Position numbers and translations under genes: made by a program. Of a stretch of 64,000 bases of DNA, positions 20,202-28,447 are shown piece after piece. The stretch covers positions 713,988 through 777,987 of the forward strand of contig JAFLDD010000001.1 in assembly GCA_017302575.1 (NCBI GenBank), given 5' to 3'. Source of the DNA: Alphaproteobacteria bacterium. GTDB lineage: Bacteria > Pseudomonadota > Alphaproteobacteria > Rickettsiales > UBA3002. The stretch's first letter is position 1, and each line of letters starts with the position of its first letter. The notes under the pieces were generated by a model. The model was not told the DNA's origin, did not search any database, and saw nothing but the letters and a program-made list of their open reading frames with translations.

Positions 20202-21428
20202 ATGAATTACGACGCACTATTTGACGCGGCGATTGCTGATATTAAAGCAGAGGGCCGCTACCGCGTGTTCACTGACCTGAAGCGTCAGGTCGGAGCATTC
20301 CCTAAAGCATTGTGTGAACGTACCGGTCAGCAAGTCACCGTTTGGTGTGCGAATGATTATTTGGGCATGGGTCAGCACCCTACCGTTCGTGAAGCGATGA
20401 AGCAGGCTATTGATACCATGGGCGCTGGCGCTGGTGGTACGCGCAATATCTCTGGTACGCATCATTGCATCGTCGAGTTGGAAGAAACCATTTCAGCGCT
20501 TCACCAGAAAGAAGCGGCGTTGGTATTCACCTCGGGGTATGTTGCGAATGAAGCAACACTTGCAACGCTCGGCGCGATGCTGCCTGACGCGATTATATTC
20601 TCCGACGCGCAAAACCATGCGTCGATGATTCATGGTATCCGCCAATCTGGTGCAGAGAAAAAAGTGTTCCGCCATAACGATGTTGATCACCTCGCCAAGT
20701 TGCTCGATAGCGTGGATGCAAAACGTCCCAAAGTTATCGCGTTTGAGTCCGTATATTCGATGGACGGTGATATCGGCCCTATCAGAGATATCTGCTCGCT
20801 TGCCCGCCAATATAATGCCCTCACTTACCTCGATGAAGTGCATGCCGTGGGTATGTATGGTCCGCATGGGGCTGGTATCGCTGAGCGTGACGGGCTGATG
20901 GACGAAGTCGATATCATTCAAGGCACCATGGCGAAAGCATATGGCGTGATTGGCGGGTACGTTGCCAGCCGCAGAAATATCGTGGACGCGATTCGCTCCG
21001 TCGCACCTGGCTTTATTTTCACCACCTCGCTTCCCCCCGCAGTTGCGGCAGGCGCCAATGCGAGTATTCGCTATCTCATGCATTCATCGGCCGAGCGCGA
21101 ACAGCACCAAGCCAATGCAGCGACGTTAAAATCAATGCTGCGTGATGCGGGCATCCCGATTCTGGATACACCAACCCATATCGTTCCAGCGATGGTGGGC
21201 GACCCTGTCCTGTGCAAGCAAGCTTCCGATATTCTGCTGGAAGAATATAACATCTACGTCCAGCCCATTAACTATCCTACTGTGCGCCGTGGCACAGAGC
21301 GTCTGCGCTTTACCCCTACCCCATTCCACACGATGGAAATGATGCAGCACCTCACCGACGCATTGGTAGAAGTTTATAGCCGCCTCAACATTCGCTTCGA
21401 TGAAGCGGAAGCGCGCAAAGTCGCTTAA
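20202..21428 (+). CDS. hemA: 5-aminolevulinate synthase
   Basis: Alpha-oxoamine synthase family with the ALAS-typical N-terminus (NYDALF...EGRYRVF..L.R..G.FP), [13 protein letters not shown] and the PLP-Lys in GTMAKAYG. The track start is TTG 20199 and ATG is at 20202. Confidence 0.92.
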   Translation: MNYDALFDAAIADIKAEGRYRVFTDLKRQVGAFPKALCERTGQQVTVWCANDYLGMGQHPTVREAMKQAIDTMGAGAGGTRNISGTHHCIVELEETISALHQKEAALVFTSGYVANEATLATLGAMLPDAIIFSDAQNHASMIHGIRQSGAEKKVFRHNDVDHLAKLLDSVDAKRPKVIAFESVYSMDGDIGPIRDICSLARQYNALTYLDEVHAVGMYGPHGAGIAERDGLMDEVDIIQGTMAKAYGVIGGYVASRRNIVDAIRSVAPGFIFTTSLPPAVAAGANASIRYLMHSSAEREQHQANAATLKSMLRDAGIPILDTPTHIVPAMVGDPVLCKQASDILLEEYNIYVQPINYPTVRRGTERLRFTPTPFHTMEMMQHLTDALVEVYSRLNIRFDEAEARKVA

Positions 21429-21847
21429 GCGGCTTTGGCGACTGCCTGACCATTTGCATTCAAGGTTACTTCGATATTACCGCGCGTTGCCTTGGAGTAT
21501 GGACATACCGTATGCGCCTTCTCGACCAGCGCTTGAGCAGCCTGCGCATCCAGTTTTGGCAGGCTCACATTCAGCACCACGCTAATCGAAAATCCATCAT
21601 CGCCTTGATGCAGACTTACGTCTGCGGTGACACTCACCTCACCCGTTTCGATTTTTTGTAGCTGCGCAACGTATTGCACGGCGCTGCCAAAGCATGCTGA
21701 ATAGCCTGCGGCAAACAGCTGCTCTGGGTTACTGCCTACACCACTTCCCGGACGCGCAAGCTTGAGGTTAATCAGGCCATCATCGCTTTTACTCAGCCCA
21801 TCACGTCCGCCAGTGGTAGTTGCATGTGCCGTATATAATTTTTTCAT
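21425..21847 (-). CDS. ohr: organic hydroperoxide resistance protein Ohr (OsmC/Ohr family)
   Basis: 140 aa with motifs [21 protein letters not shown] and VCPYSKA (the two catalytic Cys). Its stop overlaps the hemA stop on the opposite strand (TTAA at 21425-21428). Confidence 0.88.
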   Translation of the reverse strand: MKKLYTAHATTTGGRDGLSKSDDGLINLKLARPGSGVGSNPEQLFAAGYSACFGSAVQYVAQLQKIETGEVSVTADVSLHQGDDGFSISVVLNVSLPKLDAQAAQALVEKAHTVCPYSKATRGNIEVTLNANGQAVAKAA

Positions 21848-21869
21848 GAGTTGCTCCTTTGGGTTGAAA

Positions 21870-21901
21870 TAAAAAAGGCCCGCCGTTTGGCGAGCCTTTT
21901 A
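21870..21901 (-). terminator. intrinsic terminator of the phasin gene
   Basis: AAAAAA-GGCCCGCC-GTTT-GGCGAGCC-TTTT. It has an 8-bp stem with one mismatch and a U-run on both strands, and sits 23 nt downstream of the phasin stop. Confidence 0.7.
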
Positions 21902-21923
21902 GATTAGTGCGTGGCAGTAGCCA

Positions 21924-22727
21924 TTATGCGGCAACTGCTTTCACGAAGCGCTCGGTCGATTCAGCAACGCGCTCATTGAGCGGCTCTGAAATTTCCGAAG
22001 CGCCGCTAAATGCCAATTCCGACACTTTCAACGACTCGTTAAACAAACCATCAAGGTTCGATTTGAAAAACTTGCTGCTGAGGTCGAACATGTCGTTCAG
22101 CGTGCGGCAGTTGAAGATTTGTTTGCTGAGTTCAACATTCTGCGCGAATGCTTTGTTCGCGTAGTTGATGATCTCTGCGCTGATGTTTTTCGAAACGCTC
22201 ACCGCGATGTTACCGCACTGCATAGCAGCTTCAGCATTCTCGCGTGAAAGTTCTACCGCTTCGTTAACTGCTTTGGTTGCGCCTTGCGCGCTCTTTTGCA
22301 AGTGTGCGCTTGCGTCTTTACCGAAGCTGAACGCTTTTTCTGAACCTTTTGCAGCATCTGCAAATTGGCTGAACATTTTCGAAGGATCAAATTGACCAAA
22401 CGCTTTCGACGCATCGAACTGAGCGAATGCTTTCGAAGGATCGAACTGGCTCAAGAGTTTGCTGGTGTCGAAACCCTTCGCGCCACCGAAAAATTGCTGC
22501 ATCAAATCGGTTGATGCTTTTACGGCTTGCTCGGTCATTGACTGCATATCCTTTGCAGCCTTGTTCATGTCGCCTTGTGCGAATGGCAGTTGGTACAGCT
22601 TAGCTGATTGCTGTGTCCAATCTTGGCTCGTCGCTTGTTTTGCTGTCGCAGATTTCAAAGGTGCAGATGCACGCTTCTTTGCTGCTGACTTTTTTGCTGC
22701 AGGCTTTTTGGTTTTTCTTTTGCTCAT
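21924..22727 (-). CDS. phasin-family (PHA granule-associated) protein with Lys/Ala-rich N-terminus and internal 9-aa repeats
   Basis: 267 aa. It has a basic AKK-rich N-terminus and an amphipathic helical C-terminal part that looks like the phasin_2 type (NVELSKQIFNCRTLNDMFDLSSKFFKSNLDG). No enzyme motifs. Confidence 0.6.
   Translation of the reverse strand: MSKRKTKKPAAKKSAAKKRASAPLKSATAKQATSQDWTQQSAKLYQLPFAQGDMNKAAKDMQSMTEQAVKASTDLMQQFFGGAKGFDTSKLLSQFDPSKAFAQFDASKAFGQFDPSKMFSQFADAAKGSEKAFSFGKDASAHLQKSAQGATKAVNEAVELSRENAEAAMQCGNIAVSVSKNISAEIINYANKAFAQNVELSKQIFNCRTLNDMFDLSSKFFKSNLDGLFNESLKVSELAFSGASEISEPLNERVAESTERFVKAVAA
22341..22475 (-). repeat. 5 x 27-bp in-frame tandem repeat inside the phasin gene
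   Basis: It encodes GFDTSKLLS / QFDPSKAFA / QFDASKAFG / QFDPSKMFS / QFADAAKGS. The DNA units GCTTTCGA(A/C)G(G/C)ATC(A/G)AA(T/C)TG... are visible at 22370-22460. Confidence 0.85.
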
Positions 22728-22749
22728 GGTACTCTCCTAAGGGTCGATT

Positions 22750-22822
22750 TTGCAATGCAGCGAATATAGCGCTATTCGCTTATGAGTCAAGCTCACAAAC
22801 GCATAAAAATGCTGCAATGCAA
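22750..22822 (-). promoter_or_regulatory. candidate PhaR-type operator pair plus palindrome in the phasin upstream region
   Basis: TTGCAATGCAG (22750-22760) and CTGCAATGCAA (22812-22822) are both one-off versions of CTGC-N3-GCAG. The palindrome ATAGCGCTAT (22765-22774) sits inside the inverted repeat GCGAATA..TATTCGC. All lie within 100 nt upstream of the phasin ATG. Confidence 0.35.
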
Positions 22823-22879
22823 AAATAGCTGACGGCTGTGATAAATGGCCGATTCCAGCCATTAATAAAGCGTTATGCC

Positions 22880-25189
22880 TTAGCCGTTTGCTACTTTTTT
22901 GTGAGCTTTCAACTCACTACGTAGCTTCTTGGCAGATGCAACCATGGCGCGAAGTGCTGGGTCTACTTCCTTCCAGCCGCGTGTCTTAAGACCGCAATCT
23001 GGATTCACCCAAACCTGCGATGGCTCCAACACTTCGAGCGCTTTGCGAAGAAGTTTGGTCATCTCTTCTTCTCTTGGCACGCGTGGCGAGTGAATGTCGT
23101 ATACGCCGGGTCCAATCTGGTTTGGATATTTGAAATCAACGAAAGCATCGAGCAATTCCATCGCTGAGCGTGACGTTTCGATGGAGATTACATCGGCATC
23201 CATCGCCGCGATATTTGGCATGATGTCGTTGAACTCAGCATAGCACATGTGGGTGTGAATCTGCGTTGCATCTTCAACCACGGCTGCAGAAAGACGGAAG
23301 CTATCTACTGCCCATGTCAGATATGCTGGGCGATCCGATGCGCGCAGTGGCAAGCCTTCACGCACGGCTGGCTCGTCGATCTGAATGAGACGAATGCCTG
23401 CTTTTTCGAGATCTTCCACTTCATCGCGAATCGCGAGTGCAATTTGTTTACAGGTGATTTCGCGTGGCTGATCGTCACGCACGAAGCTCCACTGCAAGAT
23501 CGTTACTGGGCCCGTAAGCATGCCTTTTACTGGGCGATCGGTCAGTGACTGAGCGAACTTGGTCCAACGCACGGTCATTGCTTGTGGGCGCGATACGTCA
23601 CCGAAAATAACTGGCGGCTTCACGCAGCGCGAACCATACGACTGCACCCAACCATTCTTGGTGAAGGTGTAGCCCTTCAGTTGTTCACCAAAATACTCGA
23701 CCATGTCGTTACGCTCGAATTCTCCGTGCACGGGCACGTCGATATCAGCGTCCACTTGGTACTTGATACATTCTTTGGTTTTCTCTTCCAAGAACGCGTC
23801 ATATTGCGCTTCGGTAAGTTTGCCCGCCTTGAATTGCGCGCGCGCTTCACGAATCTCAACCGTCTGCGGGAAGGAACCGATGGTGGTGGTTGGCAATAGC
23901 GGCAGCTTCAACAATGCGTCTTGCGCGCCGATGCGGTTTTTGAATTCCGACTTACGCTTGAGCATGTCGTCGTTCAGTTTTGCCATACGCGCTTTTACTG
24001 CATCATCATGGATGCGTTTGCTGGTAGCACGCGTTTGCATTGCTTTTGCATTGGCAGCGAGTGCTGCTTGTACATCCTCTGCATTGCGATCATTGGTTGC
24101 CTTGGTGAGCAACGCAATTTCGTCGAGCTTCTGAACGGCGAACGCCAACCACGATTTAATTTCGCTATCGAGGGTGGTTTCGTTGTTCAAATCTACGGGC
24201 GAATGCAGGAGCGAACATGAACCCGCAATGACCAAACGCTCGCTTGGCACTTTTTCGAGTGCGCGGTCGATGAGTTTTAGCGCCGCTTCGTAATTAGTTT
24301 TCCAGATGTTACGACCATTCACCACACCGAGCGAGAGCACTTGGTTTGGTTTCACGTTGGTAAGCGCAGCATCAAGCTGGCCTGGCTCACGTACGAGGTC
24401 GATATGCACACCATCCACTGGCAGAGCAAAGGTCAATGCAGCGTTATCACGCAGACCCGCGAAGTACGTGGTCAGCATGATTTTGAGCCCCGATGTTTTC
24501 AGTGCATCAAATGCTTCGATGTAGGCTTTCTTTTGGTCGTCCGACAGGTCGAGTGCCAAGAATGGCTCGTCAATCTGCACCCATTCTGCGCCAGCGTCTT
24601 TGAGGGACTTGAGAACTTGTTGGTACACAGGCAGCAGTTTTGGCAATAGGTCGAGAGCATTGCCACCACTGCGGGTTTTACCAAGGCTCAGGAAGGTCAC
24701 GGGGCCAATCACTACCGGACGGGTGGTGATGCCTTGTGCTTTTGCTTCATTGAACTGCTCAAGCGGATAGTTATGGGTGAGCGAGAATTTGGTATCGGTA
24801 TCAAATTCTGGCACGATGTAGTGGTAGTTAGTGTCGAACCACTTGGTCATTTCCATTGCCACGACGTCCACACCGTCTTTCTGGTGGCCACGCGCCATCG
24901 CGAAATACAGGCTCAACTTATCTTTGGTTTTGAGTGCTTCGTAGCGAGGTGGAATCGCACCGAACATGTGAGTGTGGTTGAGAACTTGGTCATAATACGC
25001 AAAATCACCACTGGCGATATGCGCGATACCTGTAGCTTGCTGGTGCTTCCAGTTGGTCGCGCGGATTTCTTTTGCCGTCGCTTCGAGCGAGGCTTCGTTT
25101 AGTTCACCCTTCCAGAAAGACTCGAGTGCTTTTTTCAATTCACGGTTTGCACCAATACGTGGGAAACCTAGGTTCGCGGAAATGGCCAT
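22880..25189 (-). CDS. metE: cobalamin-independent methionine synthase
   Basis: About 769 aa from MAISANLGFPRIGANRELKKA, with two MetE domains and Zn-site motifs (HMCYAEF, NPDCGLKTR). The track ORF has a 19-codon upstream extension to 25246. Confidence 0.95.
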   Translation of the reverse strand: MAISANLGFPRIGANRELKKALESFWKGELNEASLEATAKEIRATNWKHQQATGIAHIASGDFAYYDQVLNHTHMFGAIPPRYEALKTKDKLSLYFAMARGHQKDGVDVVAMEMTKWFDTNYHYIVPEFDTDTKFSLTHNYPLEQFNEAKAQGITTRPVVIGPVTFLSLGKTRSGGNALDLLPKLLPVYQQVLKSLKDAGAEWVQIDEPFLALDLSDDQKKAYIEAFDALKTSGLKIMLTTYFAGLRDNAALTFALPVDGVHIDLVREPGQLDAALTNVKPNQVLSLGVVNGRNIWKTNYEAALKLIDRALEKVPSERLVIAGSCSLLHSPVDLNNETTLDSEIKSWLAFAVQKLDEIALLTKATNDRNAEDVQAALAANAKAMQTRATSKRIHDDAVKARMAKLNDDMLKRKSEFKNRIGAQDALLKLPLLPTTTIGSFPQTVEIREARAQFKAGKLTEAQYDAFLEEKTKECIKYQVDADIDVPVHGEFERNDMVEYFGEQLKGYTFTKNGWVQSYGSRCVKPPVIFGDVSRPQAMTVRWTKFAQSLTDRPVKGMLTGPVTILQWSFVRDDQPREITCKQIALAIRDEVEDLEKAGIRLIQIDEPAVREGLPLRASDRPAYLTWAVDSFRLSAAVVEDATQIHTHMCYAEFNDIMPNIAAMDADVISIETSRSAMELLDAFVDFKYPNQIGPGVYDIHSPRVPREEEMTKLLRKALEVLEPSQVWVNPDCGLKTRGWKEVDPALRAMVASAKKLRSELKAHKKVANG

Positions 25190-25304
25190 GTGTAGCTCCT
25201 TTCGATAGCTTGTCGGCAACCCACCATGGGAAGCCACAAGGCGCATGGCTGCGCCTCAATCGGGAGGGCGTTTATAGCCTTGGAATTAGGAAAAGCAAGC
25301 CTTT

Positions 25305-25961
25305 CTAAGGCCTGTGGACGAGCGATAGAAGCAAGCGGTAGAGCACAAAGGCATTGAAACAGTGCCATAAAAAGTGCGTACCGATGGGCAGAGTGCTGCA
25401 AATACTTAGATCTAGCGTACGGAAAGTGATGGAAAGGATGAAAACACCCAACGCAACTGCAAAGCCGCGCGCAGCATGATGCGCCTTTATTTTAAGCAAG
25501 ACCGTAAAGAGTGCCAGTGCTGAAATAGCAGGCAAATACATGACGCTGCCATTGAGCATATCAGGAGGCAGGTATTTACCCGCGACATAGGATACAGCGA
25601 TGAATGCACCAACCCCCATGAGCGATTTGAACCATGAAAGCTCGAATGCACGGCGCAGCGCTGCGTAGAAAAACAGATGAATGAAGATGCCAATCGGAAT
25701 GACATCCGCCAGCATGGTTTCTTGCGTGGCATAGAGGTGCCAGAGGCCAGAACCAACCCCAATACTAAACAGGGTAAGTGTGAGTAGCCATAAATCCCAA
25801 TGCGTCTTGAAATGATTCCCGCGCAGCGCACGTGCCGCGTAATAGGCTGCAATGATAAACGCGAGGTTGGTAATTGCGTTGAGCGGCTCTGCCCATAAAC
25901 CTGCATCACCTGCACGTTCGCAGTATGCGTCTAGGTAGTTGGTTATGTTTGGGTCGCTCAT
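25305..25961 (-). CDS. alkaline ceramidase-family (CREST superfamily) 7-TM hydrolase, paralogue 2
   Basis: 218 aa with motifs YCERAGDAGLWAEPLNAITNL, GSGLWHLY, LADVIPIG and GTHFLWHCFNA. These are the family's conserved His/Asp positions. ATGA overlap with the upstream paralogue. Confidence 0.65.
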   Translation of the reverse strand: MSDPNITNYLDAYCERAGDAGLWAEPLNAITNLAFIIAAYYAARALRGNHFKTHWDLWLLTLTLFSIGVGSGLWHLYATQETMLADVIPIGIFIHLFFYAALRRAFELSWFKSLMGVGAFIAVSYVAGKYLPPDMLNGSVMYLPAISALALFTVLLKIKAHHAARGFAVALGVFILSITFRTLDLSICSTLPIGTHFLWHCFNAFVLYRLLLSLVHRP

Positions 25962-26659
25962 ATCGCGCTCGAATCACCCGCCATGCGCTTGAGACGCGCC
26001 TCGCGGTTTACGTTGCGAACAATCTGCTTCAGCAAAATGTAAAGCAGCGTAGCATTGAGCGAGTGCCACAGGAAGTGCGTACCAAGCGGAAAGAGGTCAC
26101 ACACTTCGCGGTCAATCGCGCGGCAAAAGAGCGAGGTGATGCCAATGATCGCCGCAAGCATGAATTGATTCGCACTGGGGCGACGCTTCATGTTGAGATA
26201 CACGGCGATAATCACCAAGGCGATCATCGAAGAGAGGTAGCCAATCGAGTCGTTAAGTGCGCGTGGGAATTGATGCACTAGCACGTGTGAGAAACCTACA
26301 AATGCAACGAGGCAGACAATCCCCTGAAACAGCGTGGTGCGCCCGATACGGAAAATCACGCTAACGAAATAGATCATGATGAAGAGCACGATGGGAATCG
26401 TATCCATCAACTCCGTCGTGGTGTTTGGGTAAGCGTGGAAGATGATGCTGTTGATGCCAATGAAGAACGTAAGAAAGGTGAGCGCGTGAATATCCCATAT
26501 CCAACGCCCCATTACGTCTTCGTGCTTGTGGTAAAAGCGATAGATCGCCACCGCAACATAGATGAATCCGAGATTGGAAATCACATTAAGTGGTTCGGCG
26601 AACAAGCCCTCTGCGTGACGTTCGCAAACACCATATAAGTGCGATAAGGTTGGCTCCAT
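25958..26659 (-). CDS. alkaline ceramidase-family (CREST superfamily) 7-TM hydrolase, paralogue 1
   Basis: 233 aa with motifs VCERHAEGLFAEPLNVISNL, NSIIFHAY, LMDTIPIV and GTHFLWHSLNA. It has the same architecture as the downstream ORF. Confidence 0.65.
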   Translation of the reverse strand: MEPTLSHLYGVCERHAEGLFAEPLNVISNLGFIYVAVAIYRFYHKHEDVMGRWIWDIHALTFLTFFIGINSIIFHAYPNTTTELMDTIPIVLFIMIYFVSVIFRIGRTTLFQGIVCLVAFVGFSHVLVHQFPRALNDSIGYLSSMIALVIIAVYLNMKRRPSANQFMLAAIIGITSLFCRAIDREVCDLFPLGTHFLWHSLNATLLYILLKQIVRNVNREARLKRMAGDSSAI

Positions 26660-26768
26660 GCTTCAGATATAGCAGATTTTTATGCCACAATCGCCTGAAA
26701 AATATCGTTATTTTTAGCTGCGTCGCAGCATTAACCATATACTAACCGAAGCTTTGTAAACTACGGGA

Positions 26769-27569
26769 ATGGCAGAACCGCTTGAATCCTTGAGCATCCC
26801 CGAGTTACGGCCGCCCAACGTGGAGTACGAGGCCGTCGCCCCCATTGTCACGAAACTGAAGTCTCAGCCGCCCGAACCTATCACCATGGGAGAAGCGCAT
26901 ACACTGTTACATTGGACCGTCGCCCTTGCCCTGCAAGGGTTGGAGAATCTTTATGACAGCAAGCGCAACTGGATTGATCCGACCCATGGCGCACTACCAG
27001 ATGTTAAAACGCGCTATGACCCCACCACCGACCTCTACACGAATGGTGACGCAGAAGAACTCTATCATGGTCACCCACCCGATCATTGGGGTCGCTACAT
27101 TACGAATAAATGCGTGCAGGCACGCGACCTATCGGATGCAGTGCTGAGTGAATTGCCAAAATCCATGGTCACGTCGATTCACACCAATGCCTTCTCGAAA
27201 ATCAATCACGGCATATTAGTGTTGAAGTTGCCTATCGAAGAACATGGCGAGGTGACGCAGAAACATTTCCTTGTCGACCCAACCATCGCACAATTCTTCT
27301 ATGACGATAACACTCCGCAAGATGATTCGCATAAGGTTGGTGAGCAATTACTGGCGGTGAATGAAGCCTTCGCGCGTGAGCTTGTGAGCCAAGGGTTTTC
27401 CGAACTGAGCGAACCGAACGCCGAGCTGTATGTGAATGCTTTAGGTGTGGATATGAAACGACAACGCGCCAAACATGCCATGGCTGAGAGTAAGGGTAGT
27501 TATCTGGATTTCCTGCAGCATCCTGAATTTGCTCAAGCGCGCGTTAGCACGCAGCCTGGTCGCTTCTAA
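26769..27569 (+). CDS. hypothetical protein; possible papain/transglutaminase-like Cys-His-Asp fold (speculative)
   Basis: 266 aa with no TM segment or signal peptide. It has a single Cys (NKCVQA, C115), then INHGILVLKL (H147) and HFLVDPT (D170), giving spacings of 32 and 23 aa. It abuts the convergent CPBP gene with 0 nt between the stops. Confidence 0.55.
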   Translation: MAEPLESLSIPELRPPNVEYEAVAPIVTKLKSQPPEPITMGEAHTLLHWTVALALQGLENLYDSKRNWIDPTHGALPDVKTRYDPTTDLYTNGDAEELYHGHPPDHWGRYITNKCVQARDLSDAVLSELPKSMVTSIHTNAFSKINHGILVLKLPIEEHGEVTQKHFLVDPTIAQFFYDDNTPQDDSHKVGEQLLAVNEAFARELVSQGFSELSEPNAELYVNALGVDMKRQRAKHAMAESKGSYLDFLQHPEFAQARVSTQPGRF

Positions 27570-28268
27570 TCACCATTTATTCGGTGCGCCTGAATAGAAA
27601 TAGGTGCCCAGCCCAATCGTAAACAGGAAGCAGCCATAGAGAGCGTGCTCGGCCCAAACAAGCGCCATGGAGCGCCGCTTATGATAGGTGCAGGCAAAGT
27701 AAAAGCCGCCAATGGTGGTAAGCCCCACCGCGACCCAGTTTTGTAAAATGATATGGGCAAAGCCAAAAGCCAGCGCGGAGGCGGTAATCATCGCGCCACG
27801 ACTTGGGAAGAGCGGCTTGTAGCGCTCGAAGAAATAGGTACGGAAGATGAACTCCTGCGGCACCACCGAAATGAGCGGGTACATGACCATAATCATCATC
27901 CATAATCCCGTGCGCTGCGTTGGCAGTTCGAGGAATTTTTCGGGGTTAATGGTGAAAAGCAGCGCGGTCATCGCGATGGCAGAAATCACGAACCGCACGA
28001 GAATAGGCTTCCACACGCCCTGCGCGCGCAGTGCCGCCCCGTCCCAGAATTGGCGGATGGTCATATCAGGGCGCAGGTGGCGATAGATGAAAATGCAGTA
28101 GAGCAGCATGACCCACAGCACCGCAAAGAGCACCCCACCCTTCATATGCCCCATGAATAGGACAGGAACCGCCACCGCGATGAGGAGGAGTTCAGCAATC
28201 AGATAGGCGCGGGCATGGAGGAGTTGGTGCATGGGATTGATAGATGGTGTTTTTTGGCGAAAAAGCAA
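27570..28268 (-). CDS. CPBP-family intramembrane glutamic endopeptidase (CAAX protease/Abi family)
   Basis: 232 aa multi-TM protein with motif 1 PQEFIFRTYFF (E-x3-R), motif 2 FGFAHI (F-x3-H) and motif 3 EHALYGCF. Confidence 0.75.
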   Translation of the reverse strand: MLFRQKTPSINPMHQLLHARAYLIAELLLIAVAVPVLFMGHMKGGVLFAVLWVMLLYCIFIYRHLRPDMTIRQFWDGAALRAQGVWKPILVRFVISAIAMTALLFTINPEKFLELPTQRTGLWMMIMVMYPLISVVPQEFIFRTYFFERYKPLFPSRGAMITASALAFGFAHIILQNWVAVGLTTIGGFYFACTYHKRRSMALVWAEHALYGCFLFTIGLGTYFYSGAPNKW

Positions 28269-28339
28269 CCCTCATAAAATCGTTGCCATGAAAAACCACT
28301 TATGCCATAGATGCGCCCCTAAAGTTTTGAGCACGGTGT

Positions 28340-28414
28340 TCCTCGGTAGCTCAGCGGTAGAGCATTCGACTGTTAATCGAATGGTCGCTGGTTCGAATCC
28401 AGCCCGGGGAGCCA
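28340..28414 (+). tRNA. tRNA-Asn (anticodon GTT)
   Basis: A complete cloverleaf can be read by hand. Acceptor TCCTCGG/CCGGGGA, D-arm GCTC-AGCGGTA-GAGC, anticodon arm TTCGA-CTGTTAA-TCGAA (GTT at 28372-28374), T-arm GCTGG-TTCGAAT-CCAGC, discriminator G and encoded CCA. Confidence 0.97.
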
Positions 28415-28418
28415 AACT

Positions 28419-28447
28419 AAAAAGCCTGCCTTACGGCGGGGTTTTTA
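28419..28447. terminator. bidirectional intrinsic terminator shared by tRNA-Asn and ORF 28445-29701
   Basis: AAAAAG-CCTGCC-TTAC-GGCGGG-GTTTTTA. The U-tract overlaps the TAA of the minus-strand ORF. Confidence 0.65.

Noticed and set aside
25190-25304. Cobalamin or SAM-II riboswitch call upstream of metE
   Set aside because: The leader is too short for a cobalamin riboswitch and no B12-box-like core was found. The SAM-II-like fragments are better explained by a plain hairpin. It is kept only as a low-interest structural observation, not as an annotated riboswitch.
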